From: Neophaeotheca triangularis
Taxonomy: Eukaryota
Direction: 5' to 3'
Length of the DNA stretch: 64,000 nt
Assembly: GCA_054600435.1 (NCBI GenBank)
Contig: BAAIJX010000020.1
Location: forward strand, 62,001 to 126,000
Position numbers and translations under genes: made by a program
Shown: positions 1-13,608 of the stretch, piece by piece
How the letters are laid out: every line of letters starts with the position of its first letter
Numbering within the stretch: position 1 is the stretch's first letter
The notes under the pieces: model-generated
The model's database searches: none
What the model was told of the DNA's origin: nothing
What the model saw: only the letters and a program-made list of their open reading frames with translations

Positions 1-699
1 TGACTGCTCAGAGGAATTGTCGGCCGGTTGGGGTACATTGCACAGTGAGTCAATGGGTTTGTTCCTAGCCCCCTGAACACGAAAATTGCAATGTCTTGCA
101 AACTTCAACAAGTCATGAGTGATCTTTCTATCAGCTGCTGCAACATTTGCTTCCGGCCTCCTTGCCTCGCAAATTCTGTCTTGTAATGTCTGCTCTTCTC
201 GACAGTCCTGTCCCCTCTTTTCTTCCTTTCCCTACTTCCACTTGGCTCAGAGCAATCGCAGCTAGTGACGGTCCCTTGTAGGGGGCTTTACTATCGTGAC
301 TCTCCACCTCCTGTCACCTATATTGACGACGAACGGGCAAAGAAGTACACGCCAGGGGCACCACGCGTCTTCCTCGTCCCTTTCTTTGTGGATTCATACC
401 TCTCGACAAGTCACTATAACCAAACCTTCGCAGACCTATACCTTTGGACACCCTTTTCGCTTTCCCCTTAGACCTTTCCCCTTCCTCTCTTTTCCAACAA
501 ACTCTCTAACCCCCCTTGAATCTTACCACTTGTTTCATCTACCAACTACTACCAATTCAACGACTCTCCCGATTCCGGCCACTCTCCCATTTCCAACCTT
601 CTCTACCACTCAACCTTCCCGCTCCTCCCCACTCTCCTAACCAACACCCTCCTACTCCATCAACAAACCTTCCAAAACAACCCCAAACACCCGCCTGCC

Positions 700-1470
700 A
701 TGCACCCCTACGCACGCGCGAAATTGCAGCAACGAGCCATGCTCCGACAGCAAGCCATGCTCCAACAGCAAGCAATGCTCGAAGCGCAAATGCAGGGCGC
801 TGGCGCTATGGGCCAGATGGATCCGCGGCAGCAGATGATGCTTGCTCAGATGCAAGAGGGTGGCGGCAGGATCGGCAGTGAATTGGGCGGTGGAATGGGC
901 GGCTTTCGAGGTATTGACCCACGGCAGCAGATGATGGCTGCGGTGCTGGGCGGCGGTATGGGCGGCATGGGTGGCGGCATGGGCGGCGGCGGCGGCATCG
1001 GAGGTGGACAGATGAATCCGCAGCAGCAAATGATGATGATGGCTGCTTTGCAGCAGCAACAGCAAATGCAAAGCGGCGGTATGGAGCCTCAGCAGATGAT
1101 GGGAAGCGGTATGGATCCCGGCCAGCAGCAGATGCAGGGTGGTGGTGTGGATCCTCAGCAGATGATGGGAAGGGGTATAGATCCCGGCCAGCAGCAGATG
1201 CAGGGTGGTGGTATGGATCCTCGGTCGATGATAGGAGGGGGGATGGGAGGGACCATGGATCCACGCCAGCAGCAGATGATGGCGCAGATGATGGGGGCCG
1301 GCGGCGCAGGCGGTATGGGTGGAATGGGCGCGCAGGGGGGCCAAGGGGGTGAGGGTTTTTGGGGAGGCGTGGGTGGCATGGGCGGAATGAGCGGGATGGA
1401 TGGCATGGGTGGCTTTGGTGGTGGCCCGAAGGGAGGTATGGGCGGACGACGTCGTCGCAGGCGCTTTTGA
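700..1470 (+). CDS. Gly/Met/Gln-rich low-complexity tandem-repeat protein (256 aa), function unknown
   Basis: ATG-to-TGA ORF after a C/A-rich leader; repeated (G)GMDP(R/G/Q)QQ(Q)MM units; 66-nt DNA periodicity (gatcccggccagcagcagatgcagggtggtggt at 1114 and 1180); basic RRRRRRF C-terminus. Confidence 0.75.
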   Translation: MHPYARAKLQQRAMLRQQAMLQQQAMLEAQMQGAGAMGQMDPRQQMMLAQMQEGGGRIGSELGGGMGGFRGIDPRQQMMAAVLGGGMGGMGGGMGGGGGIGGGQMNPQQQMMMMAALQQQQQMQSGGMEPQQMMGSGMDPGQQQMQGGGVDPQQMMGRGIDPGQQQMQGGGMDPRSMIGGGMGGTMDPRQQQMMAQMMGAGGAGGMGGMGAQGGQGGEGFWGGVGGMGGMSGMDGMGGFGGGPKGGMGGRRRRRRF

Positions 1471-1924
1471 CGGGGTGGAGTTTGCGGAATTGCGGCCTGG
1501 AGGTTATTGGACTACCTGGAAGGGTCTACGGGACGGTTTTGACTAGGTTCGTGGAGTTAGGGTATAATTACTGGAAGAGGCGTTGATTTTGGTATCTACT
1601 ACTGTGACTACGTCTAATGGCCCTTGATTTTCGCACTCGCACCATAGCGCCGTACTCTTGTCTCTGGTTTAGACCGGTGAAAAAGGTACTAATTCACTTC
1701 CTTTACTCGCTTAATCTGCGCGTCGAGCATCGCATCCCCGACCGTCAGCAACGTTAATTGATGTGTCCGTTTCATCGAGCCATAGATGGATTTTGAAGGG
1801 TATGGATCTCAGATACTACCGAGACAACCACACACTCGCTACCACAACTACCTGAGGACGTCCCTCTCCAGCAGATTACTCTCCCAACCCCTCTCGCCAT
1901 CCCCAGATCCCTTACCCATTTACC

Positions 1925-3679
1925 TCACTTCATCTTCTTCCCCTCACCCCCTCTCTGACCACTAGCCCCTCCCCTTCCCCCAAATGCACTCCAAACAACC
2001 CATACAAACCCCGCAATCACCACCCCAAGCGTGCCCCACCTCACAGCCCCCTCCCCGAGCATCCCGTGCCGTGCTTCCAAAACCGGCACTTGTAGCGTCT
2101 CAACCAAAGGACCGGAAGCAGAGGCGGGAGTGAGATGATAGAAAACGGTGTTTGTACCGAAAAGGCCATCGTAACCCATGTTCGTGCGGTCGAAAGGGTT
2201 CGTGGAAGCGGTGCCGAAAGCTTCGGGCGCGGGGCAGGCGTGGAAGAGGATTGGGGCCGGGATGGAGAGGGTGGAATGGGGGTCGGAATTGGTCTGATTG
2301 GAGGGGGCGAGGTAGCGGAGGTGCAGGGGGATTGTGGCAGTCCATTCGGCTTGGGATAGAGGCGGTTGGGCTTGGATTTCGGGTGGTGAGGGGTTGGAAG
2401 GAGGCGTGGCGAGTTCGAAGAGCGCGGCGCTGCCCCAGCGCTGGATTGCCCATTCGGGGGCCTCGAGGTCTTGTTCGCCGCTTAGGGCTATGAGTTTTTT
2501 GAGGTTGTGGGCGGCGAGGAAGAGGGGGTCGGTGAATTGGTAGCGGTCGAGGAAGAGAGCGCTGGGGAGGGTGAGATAGGCGTGGAGGGAGCAGGATGAG
2601 GGGTTGCCAAGGGGTGGCTGGGGTGCTTGAGGGGGATGGGAAAAGCTAAGGGCTAGGGTGGGGTGCAGGCCTGTTGGGGTGAGAAAGTGGGAGGTGTAGG
2701 TTAGGGAGGATTGGGGTGGGTAAGGGTGGTGGCGAGAGGGGAAGGAGAAGACGGTTCGGCCTTTGTTGTGGATTGAGTTAGTTACGCTATGGTGGTAAGG
2801 ATGGGAAATGAGTGGTGGCATGCTCACTCGGTTTGGAATCTTCGCCAAGGACGGTGAGGTACCCGCCCAGGCCTAGTTCTTCCAGCTCATCGCCTTTTGT
2901 TGGTTGGAGCACACCAATCTCGACTCGGTCGCCGGGTGTCGGTTTCCTGATTGTCGTGCTTTGGCTATCTTTGGCGTCACCATTAGGACCCCAATACGCC
3001 GTCACGGCAACAGCGTGGCTGATGACATCGAAGTCGATATCGAGGTAGTCGGCCTGGCTTATTGCAGCCGCTTCCGATGTACATGCAGCGTGCACATGGC
3101 CCTTTTCCGCTGCGCAGAGTTGGTCGATGGCGTAGCTCTCCAGATGGCTCAAGCCTGGTAGAAGGCTGAAGTACTGGTACGAAGCGGACGACGAGAAGCG
3201 TTCAGACAGAACGGGCAGGCTACTGAATGCTTCGGCCGTTGAGGAGCATTTCAAGTCAGGCGAGAACAGGGCGTGAAGAAGACGGCAGATGTCTGGCGTC
3301 GTCTCGGGTTTCCTGGGTGTATAGGAGACATGGAGGCCAGGAGGTATGCGCGAAACGAAGGGCGTTCGTGCGTGGTATGGTGTAGGAGAGGCCCAGCGGA
3401 TGTGTAGTTCGTGTAATTCTCCCGCAAGGTTTCGAAGCTATTCCGTGTAAGTACAGTACAGTACACAATGACCATGGTGGCGAGGCACATGATATGGTAT
3501 GCTGGACATGGACATGGACATCTTACATTGTCTGGCAGTCTGCTCAGGGAGAAGGTGTAGTGGCTCTCTTTGGCAACATCACTGCCATGTGTGAGCTTGA
3601 GGTGGTCTTCCCCTATCTGAATCTGCTCAGGATCGATATGAGTCTTCTCGGACACAACAAAAGTCGTTCTCTGCCTCAT
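1925..3679 (-). CDS. PBN1: PIG-X/Pbn1 family GPI mannosyltransferase I subunit; exons 3679-3527, 3437-2828, 2760-1925
   Basis: MRQRTTF start, ELHIRW, LFSFPSRHH-like, YLTLPSALFLDRYQF, DLEAPEW, IPLHLRY and NPFDR..LGYDGLF-like motifs, C-terminal TM; GT-AG introns join the three ORF pieces in frame. Confidence 0.9.
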
Positions 3680-4059
3680 GTTTGTGAGCAACAATGTTGC
3701 AGAAGTGTTACGTTGCTTCTAGATACCTCATGGTATATATTGACCAAGACATTGACCAAGGACCTGCCCAAACCCTTACCCTGACCGAACAGCTTCGCCC
3801 GCCCGCTATGCATCTGCCTGATTTGATCGAGGTGGAGGGAGGCGACAAAGACACGCTGTCCTCCAGGCACGACCACAGTCGCCACTCATGTAGTCACAAC
3901 ACATTTCTCGTCCACTGTGGCGAGCTGAATACATAAATCACTCAGACCGCGAGGGAAACATTCACCAAGCAGTCCCACCCGGACCGGCCACCCAGGACAA
4001 CAAGACGACAAACTAGACCTACTACCTTACTCTCCACGCCGCAAAATCACACCTCCACT

Positions 4060-5140
4060 ATGGCCCGTATCCCAGCAATGAATCGCCTCCTCTTAACCCT
4101 CCTGCTCGCCCTCACCACCTCCACCCACGCCCTCCGCAGCAACGCCGGCAAACCCGCAAACGCAATCCTCCTCTCCGCCGTCAAGACCCTAACCCTCCAC
4201 AACAACAAACCCACAACCAACCGCCGCGTCCCCTCGATCCCGCAATTACAATGCACAGGCGGCAACGCCAAAGGCCTCTACGAAGTGGATGTGATGCGGT
4301 GCAAGAACGCCGGCAGCGGGTACGATGGCGAGGACATTGGGTGGACGTGCCAGGCAGCTTTGCCGGAGGAGTTTAAGCTCGGGAGCACGGAGGTGGTTTG
4401 CGAGGGCTATGAGTCGGCGGAGGATCCGTGGGTTTTGAAGGGGAGTTGTGGGGTTGAGTATAGGCTTGTTTTGACTGAGAAGGGGGAGGAGCGGTTTGCG
4501 GATCGTTTGGGTTCGGGGGCGTGGGGGAGGGCAGGTGGTGGGGAGGGCGGCATGGGAGGGCTGTTCACGGTGTTGTTTTGGGCGGCTTTTGTCGGTAGGT
4601 TTGCACTGTGGTTTGGGTGTGGTTTTGCGGGGGTGTTTGCTGACAGTGGGGTTAGGCATTATCGGTCTGATAGTCTACAGGTTCTTCTACCCGGACCCGG
4701 CGGCAAGGGGTTTGCCTAATCGGCGCAATGGCTATGGAGGTGGTCACGGCTGGGGAGGCGGCGGCGACGATAATGACGACCCGCCACCGCCGTACACACC
4801 ACGCTACACGGCGCCGCGCAAACAGCAATCTGCGAACCGGTCGCACGGCTCGAGCGCATACGGTGCAGGAGCTTTCCAGCCGGGCTTCTGGACGGGAACA
4901 GCAGCGGGCGCCGCAGCGGCCGCGGGCGCAAACTACATGATGGGCGGCGGCGGCGGCAACCGTGGACAGCAGAGAGCCCCAGCGGCAGCAGCACCACCAC
5001 CGCAAGCGGGGCCTTCGAATTGGTTCAGTAGCGCCACTGGGCAGCGGAGCGCGGGCACCGGCGCTGCGTCCTCGTCGAACGTCACGCCCGGGAGCGCGAG
5101 GTACGAGAGTACGGGTTTCGGTGGCACGAGGCGGAGGTAG
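4060..5140 (+). CDS. SARAF: SARAF/TMEM66 (DUF1183) family single-pass membrane protein; intron 4595-4655
   Basis: Signal peptide, T..RRV..IPQL.C.GG, W.C.A.LP..FKLG...V.CEGY....DP.VLKGSCGVEY, TM, PPPPY, PGFWTG and C-terminal STGFGGTRRR. Confidence 0.9.
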
Positions 5141-5941
5141 CACTGTAGTAGCGTGGCACCTTTGCGCTTCGGCTTTTGTCGACGCCATGTCATGCGTTGG
5201 ACAGGGTAATATAGCGGCAGTGCTTTCTGCGCACATTGCGACAGCGAGAGCCTATCAAATCAGACCAAGATATCATCCGTCCCTCTCCCATTCCCCTTGC
5301 GCGACTGTCGTGGTGTTTATTTACCCTGTAGTACCACGACCGCACTACCGGCTTGGAAAGAAGTGCAAAGCGATGGACGCATGCCTCGAATTCTCGTGCT
5401 AGTACCGCGCAACCCCAGGAAGCGCATGAACGACAAGGACAAGCTCCTCCGCCCAAAGCTGAAAGAGCGCTTCTCGATTAGTTTCTAATGAATGTCGTGC
5501 AAGAAAATAAATAAAAGCAAACGCTCTGCGCGGGTATTCGAAGCTTCTCCTACGTACATACCTACCGTGGTCTTGTGGCTTCTTTCTGTGAAACGGGCAG
5601 CACGTTTGCTACGGACGGAGAGGGCATGCTGTGCGAGTTTTGGACTTGGGGAGGGGGTGTCTGCGGCTGGCTGCTGCTGGGCCACGGGTGACAGGGGTTT
5701 TGTTTGTAGCATGACGTCTTGATTTTGAGAGGGGTGTTGGGGAAGGAAGAGAGCTCTGCCTTGGACAATTTTTTATTGTGCGGTAGGCTAAGGTATGGAG
5801 AAGAAGGGGGAAAAGCAGCGCAGAGGCTTTTCACTATGGAATGGATGCGCCGGACGCCTGGGTCGCTTAACGAGTGAATAGAGAACAAGGTCGCGCGGGA
5901 TAAAGGGTCCATGAACGCTGGCCTGGAGAAACTCAAAAGGC

Positions 5942-7916
5942 TCATGTAGAGGGTCGTTGATGGCACTGCGTATCCTCGTCGATCAGGATGTAGTCCTTGA
6001 AAATCGCCGTGCCGTTTCGCACCGAAGCAATCTGGTCTTCCGTGCACGTTGAGAACATGTTGTAAGCGTAGCATTGAGGTTTTGGCCGAGCGTTAGAGAC
6101 CTCGTTCTTGAGGTAGAAGACATCGCTCGGTCCTTGAGTACTATAGCTGGGCGTGTCCGTCAAGCACGTTTCCCCCGTCGCAACGTCGTTGCCGAGCATG
6201 GTCCGCATGAAGATTTCGTACGCCGTTTGAGGTTGATAATTAGTAGCTTGGTGTCCGGCGTTGAAGACACGGGAGAAGGAGAGGTTGCCGTGCTGTCTGA
6301 CCCGGCCGCCGACGTATGAAGAGTTGGTTTGGATGGCTTGGTAGCCTGCTCGAGCAAAGGCTTTTTGCCCCGAGTGCGGGATCGCGAGGCTTGCGGCTTC
6401 TCCGCCGAACCAGTTGCAGACTGCGTCGCTATCGCCGTACATCAGTGCCACTTTGACGCCGGAGTCCAGCAGGCGCGCTAGGTCTTCGAGCAGCCCGCCG
6501 CGGACGTAGTCGCCGGCGCTTTTGAAGCTGTCGTAGACGGCGTTGCCACCGTAGAAGGTGAAGTTGACGGGAACCCCTAGCGCTTGTTGTACTTCTGCCC
6601 GGTTGAGGTATGTGACAAACCATTGGCTGGGGAAAGGGTTGGTGTAAGGGGCAGTGATGTCGTAGTAATCACGTTCGTCGCCTTGGGTGTTGTTGTACAT
6701 GATGTTTCCAGCATCGAGCAGGGTGTTGAAGGCGCAATGACAGGCCTCGTTGACCGTCTCGTTCCTGCCGTCATTCTCGCTGTCGCCCACCGCGGCCAGA
6801 TTTCGACAATGTTCGACCTGCTTCAATCCGGTCTTATATCGTTCCATCGCTGAACGGGCAATCGACTCATTGACAGCTTCAATGCCGTATGTGTTGTTGG
6901 TAAGCATCTGGACCAAGCTAGTCTCTTGGACGTACGCGTCAATGCAGGCATTGACAAGGCCAAGAGTATCGATTCGTAAAGGATAGTCCAGCCCAGGCTT
7001 GTTCCAGGTGCCTTCTGCGATCTTCTTGTTCTGCTCTTCGAAGAACGTCAAGTATGCAGGGCCATACTTGCCGCCGTAAGATTGCGTCCATAGGCTAATC
7101 TTGCTATACTGTAAGTTGTGAGCTGGGAAAAGCGAAATCCAAGCTTGCATGAAGTGCCAGAAGGAAATCGCTGCTCCACGGGTAGTGCTGTCACTCTTTT
7201 CTGCGTCTTCTTGGACGAATGTGCCCTGCAATTTTCCGCCTTGTAATGCAGACGCGGTCTGTACATTCTCAGCAATCAACGTGATCTTCGCATCTCTGTC
7301 TGCATAATCCAGCGTGCCATTGATGAGTGTGTTGTACGAGAATCCAGCCTGAACAGGCTGATCAATGTAAAGCTAAGAAAAAGCTCAGCAATTTGCACTC
7401 GTATCTCGCTACAGCGGTCGGGACCTACCATGTTGACTTCTCTGTTCCAGCTAAAGGGATTAGGGCCTCCCAAATTCCCGTTGGGCTCTATCGTACATGG
7501 TCCAGAGGCGGCAAAAAGACCATTCATACTGCTGCTAGCTGGACCTCCATTGAGCCTGGTAGCGCATCAGTGAGCGTCTTGCGCTGTCTTGACCAGCGCC
7601 GTACCCACCAAATAACCAGCGGCGCGTTGGCGGGGTCCTTGCGGCTCTCGAAGAACCACCAGAAAGTGTGCGAGTTGTAATTCTGTGACAAGATCGGATC
7701 TGCGGAAGCGCGCTCAGGCAGATAAACGTAGCCGGCGTAGGACTTTACGCCTGACGTGTTGTCACATATTGTGTTCTCCTTCAAGGAGAGATAGACTCCC
7801 TTCTCGAGCTGCGAATGTATGGTTGTGACATTCGTCGGGACAGGAGGGAATTGGCACAAGACATGGCGAGGCAGAGCAAGCACGAGCAATGTCGAGAGGA
7901 AGTAATAGCTTAACAT
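5942..7916 (-). CDS. Secreted serine carboxypeptidase (peptidase S10), 2 introns near the 5' end
   Basis: Signal peptide MLSYYFLS..., KSYAGYV, FWWFFESRKDPANAPLVIW|LNGGP, SWN...NM|LYIDQPVQAGFSY, WTQSYGGKY (Ser), YGDSDAVCNW (Asp), NAGH (His). Confidence 0.9.
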
Positions 7917-8783
7917 GGTAGATTCTTGACATGGAGATGAGAGGCCCGGGTAAGAGGAGGAAGGAAAGAAATAGCAGTCAGACTTAGCCATGTCGTCGTT
8001 GGTGTCGATATAGATAGAAGGACTAACAGCACTTGTGCGATGTACGACAGCAACGGCGACTACGGCATGTTGCGCCCGTTGTCGTGCACCATGCCGTGCT
8101 CGGGACGGTACACCATCTCTTCACACTGGAAATGCGTGAGGTTGTGTAGGACAACTACCGTCGACTGTACCTACTACCTATAGCAGCGTGTAGTAGGTAA
8201 AAGATGTGCGGTCCCTTCTCGGATTCTCAGATTCTCGGGTGAAGCTGCTGAACAGTGCGACCATGCTGGATATGGCTACTGCCTTGGCGCGAAGTTCAAC
8301 TTCACCTCCTAAGTCCTCACCAGATGGCCCAGCGTGGTACTGCGTTGCAAGTCGAATATTCAATATGGTATCTTAGTCCGTTGTCGTGCCGCAGTTATGA
8401 AAGTGCCTTCCTTTTTCGTAAACTGCCGTAGCATGATTGCTGCTTGTAAGTTCGTCTTGGTGTCGAACAAGGTCATCTTCTAGGGGCGACACCATCCCAA
8501 CCGCTCTTCTGTTTGCTCCCCGCCGTCACTTTGCTATGCTTTACGATGCTGTGTCAGAAGAAGAAAAATGTGTTCATAGAGCGAGTACAGGAACCTTTGA
8601 AGGCCTACGTTCTGCAGGTTGAGGGCCATCAGTTCAGGCTCACAACACGCAAGTATACTACCGTGCTATGAGCATGTTCTGTCCGGGGTTAAGGTCAAAG
8701 CCACATGGTAGGGTAGTGTCCTAGGAAAGCCTGGGCTACCTTTCGCCGCCTACCTCTTATATCACGGCCTCTTTACTCTCACG

Positions 8784-9191
8784 ATGCCCTGCCACCGCCC
8801 GAAATCCCAGCTCTTCGCCACCATCCCAGATCGTACACATTCCACGGCCGTGACACGGACCTCCAATTCCTCGCGGCCTCGGAAGAGCGCAAGGATGCTT
8901 GCCAAACATATCCCAGAACGCTTCGAGAACGGGGCGAAGGCTCGAGACCGCACGCATTTCAGAGCCGGAGGCAGGAGGAAGCTTGCGATTGCCGCGTCTC
9001 GGGGGCAGAATTTGCATGGGTTGGCTGAGGCGAGGCAATGCGTGCTCGAGTTTGTGTTTGACCACAATGGTGGAGAGGTGGCGCGGCATTCTCTGCGTCT
9101 CGTTGCGGAATCTTGGGAGGGGACGGGGCATATGGCGAGGTTTATGGCTCTTTTGGAGGGGGTTTGGAGAGATGGGGGAGAGCAGTGGTAG
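8784..9191 (+). CDS. Hypothetical protein (135 aa)
   Basis: ATG ORF showing the C-rich 5' to G-rich 3' skew seen in real genes of this window; no recognisable motif. Confidence 0.3.
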   Translation: MPCHRPKSQLFATIPDRTHSTAVTRTSNSSRPRKSARMLAKHIPERFENGAKARDRTHFRAGGRRKLAIAASRGQNLHGLAEARQCVLEFVFDHNGGEVARHSLRLVAESWEGTGHMARFMALLEGVWRDGGEQW

Positions 9192-9598
9192 CCGATATGC
9201 GCGAGGGATGAGGGGAGTGGATTATTTGGGGGTGCAACAAAGCGCGAGGGCTATATGAATGCATGGGGTGAGGGGGGTGGGAACGGCACCTCTCGTGTGT
9301 TAAGATGGATATACCCCAAAGGTGCTGCATGCTGTGGATCGAACAGGGCAATGTCGTAATGGGACGGGAACCGCGAATCAGAGTGAATCTTTCAGCGTTG
9401 CGATCGGATATACCCCTGGGAAGTCATTTTCGAGGTTTCAGTCGCGGATGTGCAAAAGAGCGCATCAAGAGACCATGGTGGTCGGCTAGCAGCTGCTCGG
9501 TAGCCTGCATTTACATAGCACGCGACTATGCACAGAGTCTTTTCCCTTCTGAAAAACCCGACCAACCGTGCTTACCCATCCACCACCACACGTTTCCA

Positions 9599-12233
9599 CT
9601 ACAAAAACATGAATCCATCCCCATCAACAGTAACCCCATCCTTCCCGGTCCACACATTACTCATAGCCTCCACATGCTGCTTCCCATCCAACCCCCTCCT
9701 CACCCCCTGCTTCTTCACGACTTCTCTCCTCTCCACACCCTGCCCGTCCCCATCGCCACCAACGCAAAGCCCCTCGACCCCTCTAAAAGCTGCGTCCGCC
9801 ACCGTCCGCCACGCCGCAGACTGATCCACCGCCATCTCCGGCGTATAAAACAACCTACAATCCGCAGGCTCGTAATAAAACTGCAACGGCACCTGATCGT
9901 CATCGCCCTTCCTGATCCCATCACGGACATTGGTATTCGGCGTCGAAGCCGCGCGCCAGAGGGGTAGATCGGTGTAGTCGGCGAGAGCGGTGGTGTTGTA
10001 GTAGGCGGCGTCGTGGTAGTGAGCGATTTCAAAGGGTAGGCTGGCGGCTTGCAGGATGTAGGAGAAGGGGTAGTTGTTGGTGCCTTTGACGCCGCCGACG
10101 GCTTGGATCGGGGAGCGGGAGGGCCGGCCGCCGAGGGCGAGGGTGCGGATGCCGGCTTGTTGCCGCATGAGCTCGGAGAAGATTGTGCAGGTTGAGGCGC
10201 AGTAGCCGTCGGCTACTATGACAATGTTTTCGGGTTTGAACTGGGGGAAAGGATGGTTAGTTTTGATGGGAGACGTGGTGAGTTCCGAGGCGTGGGGTAT
10301 TTACCGGGGATTCGGTGATGTTGGTGCGGTTGGCAGTGCCGGAGATGACAATGCCTCCCGAGTTCAGAGGCGTCAGGACTGGAGGGGGATGAATGTTAGT
10401 GTATCCCTCGCGAGCAGTATGAAACTCGAGAAAGCCTTACCATCGCTGATGTTCCATCTAATGATACTGGTGTAGTCTTCCGGCCGAGGTCCGTATTCAA
10501 ATGGCCCAAACTTATCGTCCCAGGACTCGAAGTTCTCGTAATCGATATCAACGTCAGTGCGGTAGTTGAAAGCCGTAGAAATAGTTCCCGCGAGAGTGTC
10601 GTTCTCCAAGGCGGCTTCACGGGGAAATTGTCCAGCAAACCACGACACCTCTTGGCCAATGAGATCTAAAGCCTCGTGGGCTCGGAAGCGAGTGTAGCCG
10701 TCGGGTAGGATCTGAGGGAAGAGCTGTCTGAAGAGATCGTAGCCTTGCAAGATGGTGCCACCGCCGTTGGCACTGACGTCGATGATGAGTTTGGACTTGT
10801 TCTGGGCTACGGCCTGATTGATCAAGTAGGTGTTGACGGCTTGGAAGGGGACGGAGTCTTCTGCGGAGCCGACAAAATTGGGAACTGCTAGAACTGCGAC
10901 GTCGTCGTAGTCTTCGCCCTCGAGGAAGTAGCCAGAGTTGAGATTATTCATCTGGCGTACCAGTGGTGTCGGATAGCCGGGAGCTGGGATAGAGGTTGAG
11001 CTTGTCATTGATGAGGTCGTGGAAGCCATTGTCGACGAAGACATCGTCGAAGTGGCGATCTCTTCAGCATCTTGCTGCTCCTCAACCGGAGGGATGAAGT
11101 ATTCACGGTAAATGTCGGCTCCTGTCGTGATGTTGTCGAAAGGTGCAAGAACTCTGGCAAAGTTGTCAATGACCACCTCGGTACCATTGGCAAACGTCAG
11201 CGTTGTGGTAGGGCCTGGATAGACCCAACGGCCCCTTCCACCTCCAACGAATGTCCCAGCTCCAGTTCCGGCGGGACCCAACTGCACTTGAGCGAGGAGA
11301 TAGAACATGTTGTTCCACAGGGCATCTGGGTCTTGAAGACTTCCGTATTGAGAGTAACTCAGCAGCCACTCTGTGCTATCCTCGCCGTCGATCATGCTCA
11401 AGGGGCTGGGTGTGAAGGATATGTTGCCAAAAGAGGATCCCAGGACATCATCGTATGCGTAGACCTCTGGGATACTGGAGCCGTCCGAGCTAACAGATAC
11501 CAAAGGCACCGTGCGACCAAATGTGAAGATCCCGCCAACGGAATCTGGGAGGAAAACAAAGTGTCCATCGTGAGTCTTTTGGAATGAACGGTAGAGGTCG
11601 AAGCCGAACTCGTATTCGTTTGCGTATGAATCGCTCTTGGCAGCGTTGTAAATGCGTTCGTAGTCTGCTTCGAAATCGAACGGCGCTTGGACATTCTCGG
11701 CGTATTCCTGGGGTGGCTCTTTGACGTATTGAATTGTGGTTTGCCAGTTTATGTAAGGCCTGATCGAATCCATGAGTGCAACGGCGGCGGAGCTGTTGAA
11801 GGGGATACTAATCAGACAGTCGTAGGCTAATCCTGCTGGAACCGTAGGCGTAGCGCTTGGGCTAGCACTGGTGAGGCTGGCGGCTAGCTTCGAGACACTC
11901 GCGCACGCTGGCCTTGTTTCGCCACTGGAGTATGTCGTGGTTGGAGTTGGGGTCGCATAGGCCGGGGGCTCTCCATGATATCCTGTCTTGGTGTTCCAAT
12001 ATTCCGGGTGCGGCCAGGTCTGCTTTGGCTGAGACGGGGTGTACGGATGAGGTTGGTGCCTTTTGAATCAGTTCTGTACAACGTGGGCACAAATCAAATC
12101 ACCACATCCCAGTGGTGAGTACCTACCAGTTAGGAGGGGGCCCTTCGTTGAACCGCCATGTCTTCCATCTATCTAGTGGAGATGCGACTGATCCAGTTGC
12201 CAGGAGGGCGGATACAAAGAATGTCCCTAGCAT
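9599..12233 (-). CDS. Secreted fungal peptidase S41-family protein, multi-exon
   Basis: Signal peptide MLGTFFVSALLATGSVA; AYDCLISIPF, PYINWQTT, QDPDALWN, KLIIDVSANGGG, F.PENIVIVADGYCASTCTIFSELM, QAVGGVKG, PLQFYYEPADCRLFYT; internal intron boundaries approximate. Confidence 0.85.
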
Positions 12234-13608
12234 ACTTGCAATGACCGATGGATAATGAAGAAGGCAGACGGGAGGGAGGAGAAGGAAAGTGGAAGAGAGG
12301 GTGGTGGCTTCGAAGCTCAAGTGAGGATCAGGATCTCGCACAAATATACTTACACGGCAGTCGAGCCTGTCAATTCTACCAAAGTGCCAGCACTTGGTTG
12401 ATTAGCAACGGCGTTCCATTGACCGGATAGACGCATGGTAGATTGACTTTCGGCCTTGTCAATTAAAAGACAAACATTCCTCCAATCCATGCCAGCGAAG
12501 AGACCAGTCCTGCCCATCCTTTGCCCAGTTGAGAAGGTGGTAGGTTGGTAGAGCGTTGGTGGAATATGCCCGTATCCTCAGCCCCAACATGACCAACATG
12601 CATGCAACGGTCTGGTGGAGGTTTGCTGGGGAGCCGTCTGCGCAGGATGCCGCATACTTATCGTACGCTAAGTCGAGGTAGGAAGGCCGTTATGCAGCTC
12701 TTCTGCGGGTGTGAGATGTCTGTCGTCGAGTCCACTGCTGGCACCAGAGGGGTTAATTACCGTTTTCTGTTTGACAGGCGCCCACGCTCTGGTGACAAGC
12801 AGTCAATTGCATCGCCAACACTACATACCTTACGAAGGAAGTAATGCTTCGCCAGTATATGTGTTCTGCCAGAAGGACGCCTATCTCTCTCTCTCACTCT
12901 CTCTGGCTCAGGCGGGCGGTGAGAAGAGTACATAGTTCCCGGCGGATAAACTCGTAGCCGCTCGGGACTTGAAGAAGAGACTACATAGTACACGACCACG
13001 CGAACGACGTCTCTTCTTCATGGAAGTGGACTCATGGAATGCCGCGGTACGCAACTCAACTTCTTATCCTGAATGATAACTAGCGACGTGAAGAGCCAGT
13101 CTGGCAGTAGTGCTGGATGCTCAGGACACCGGCGCCTCCACTAGCCAATCGCGAGCCGGAAGAAATGACCAGCACTGGAAAGATACGATAGAAGAGCGAC
13201 AACCGTCCATATTCCTCAAAGGCATCTCGGAACATCAATCCGGCTTTGTCTGGAAAGAGGTACATACGTCGTTCACGCACTTTGGTGGAATCGAATGCTA
13301 CGCTGGAATATTGGTTCCTCTGCGTGAGCGTTTCAGAGCACCTAGGTAGGCATGGCAAAGGACCAGCAATATCACAGGCAGACACAGTACTCATAAAAGT
13401 ATAGTAGAAATCTCGCTTTGCAGACATGAGTGACTACACGAATCTGAATGCAAAGCGTTGACCATAAACTCGAGCCCATGAACTCGACCTTGAGGTACGA
13501 CAGGTGCCATGAGAAGGCACCTGTCGTACGAATTCCGACTGCGCGGGAATTCAACTACGCATCTACAAATTCTGCCTAGACAACCTCTTCCCCTTCACAC
13601 TCCTCCAC

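Noticed and set aside
652..1344. 230-aa His/Leu-rich minus-strand ORF
   Set aside because: Antisense shadow of the repetitive Gly/Met/Gln gene
12757..13427. Possible decayed coding fragments
   Set aside because: No recognisable motif or consistent frame
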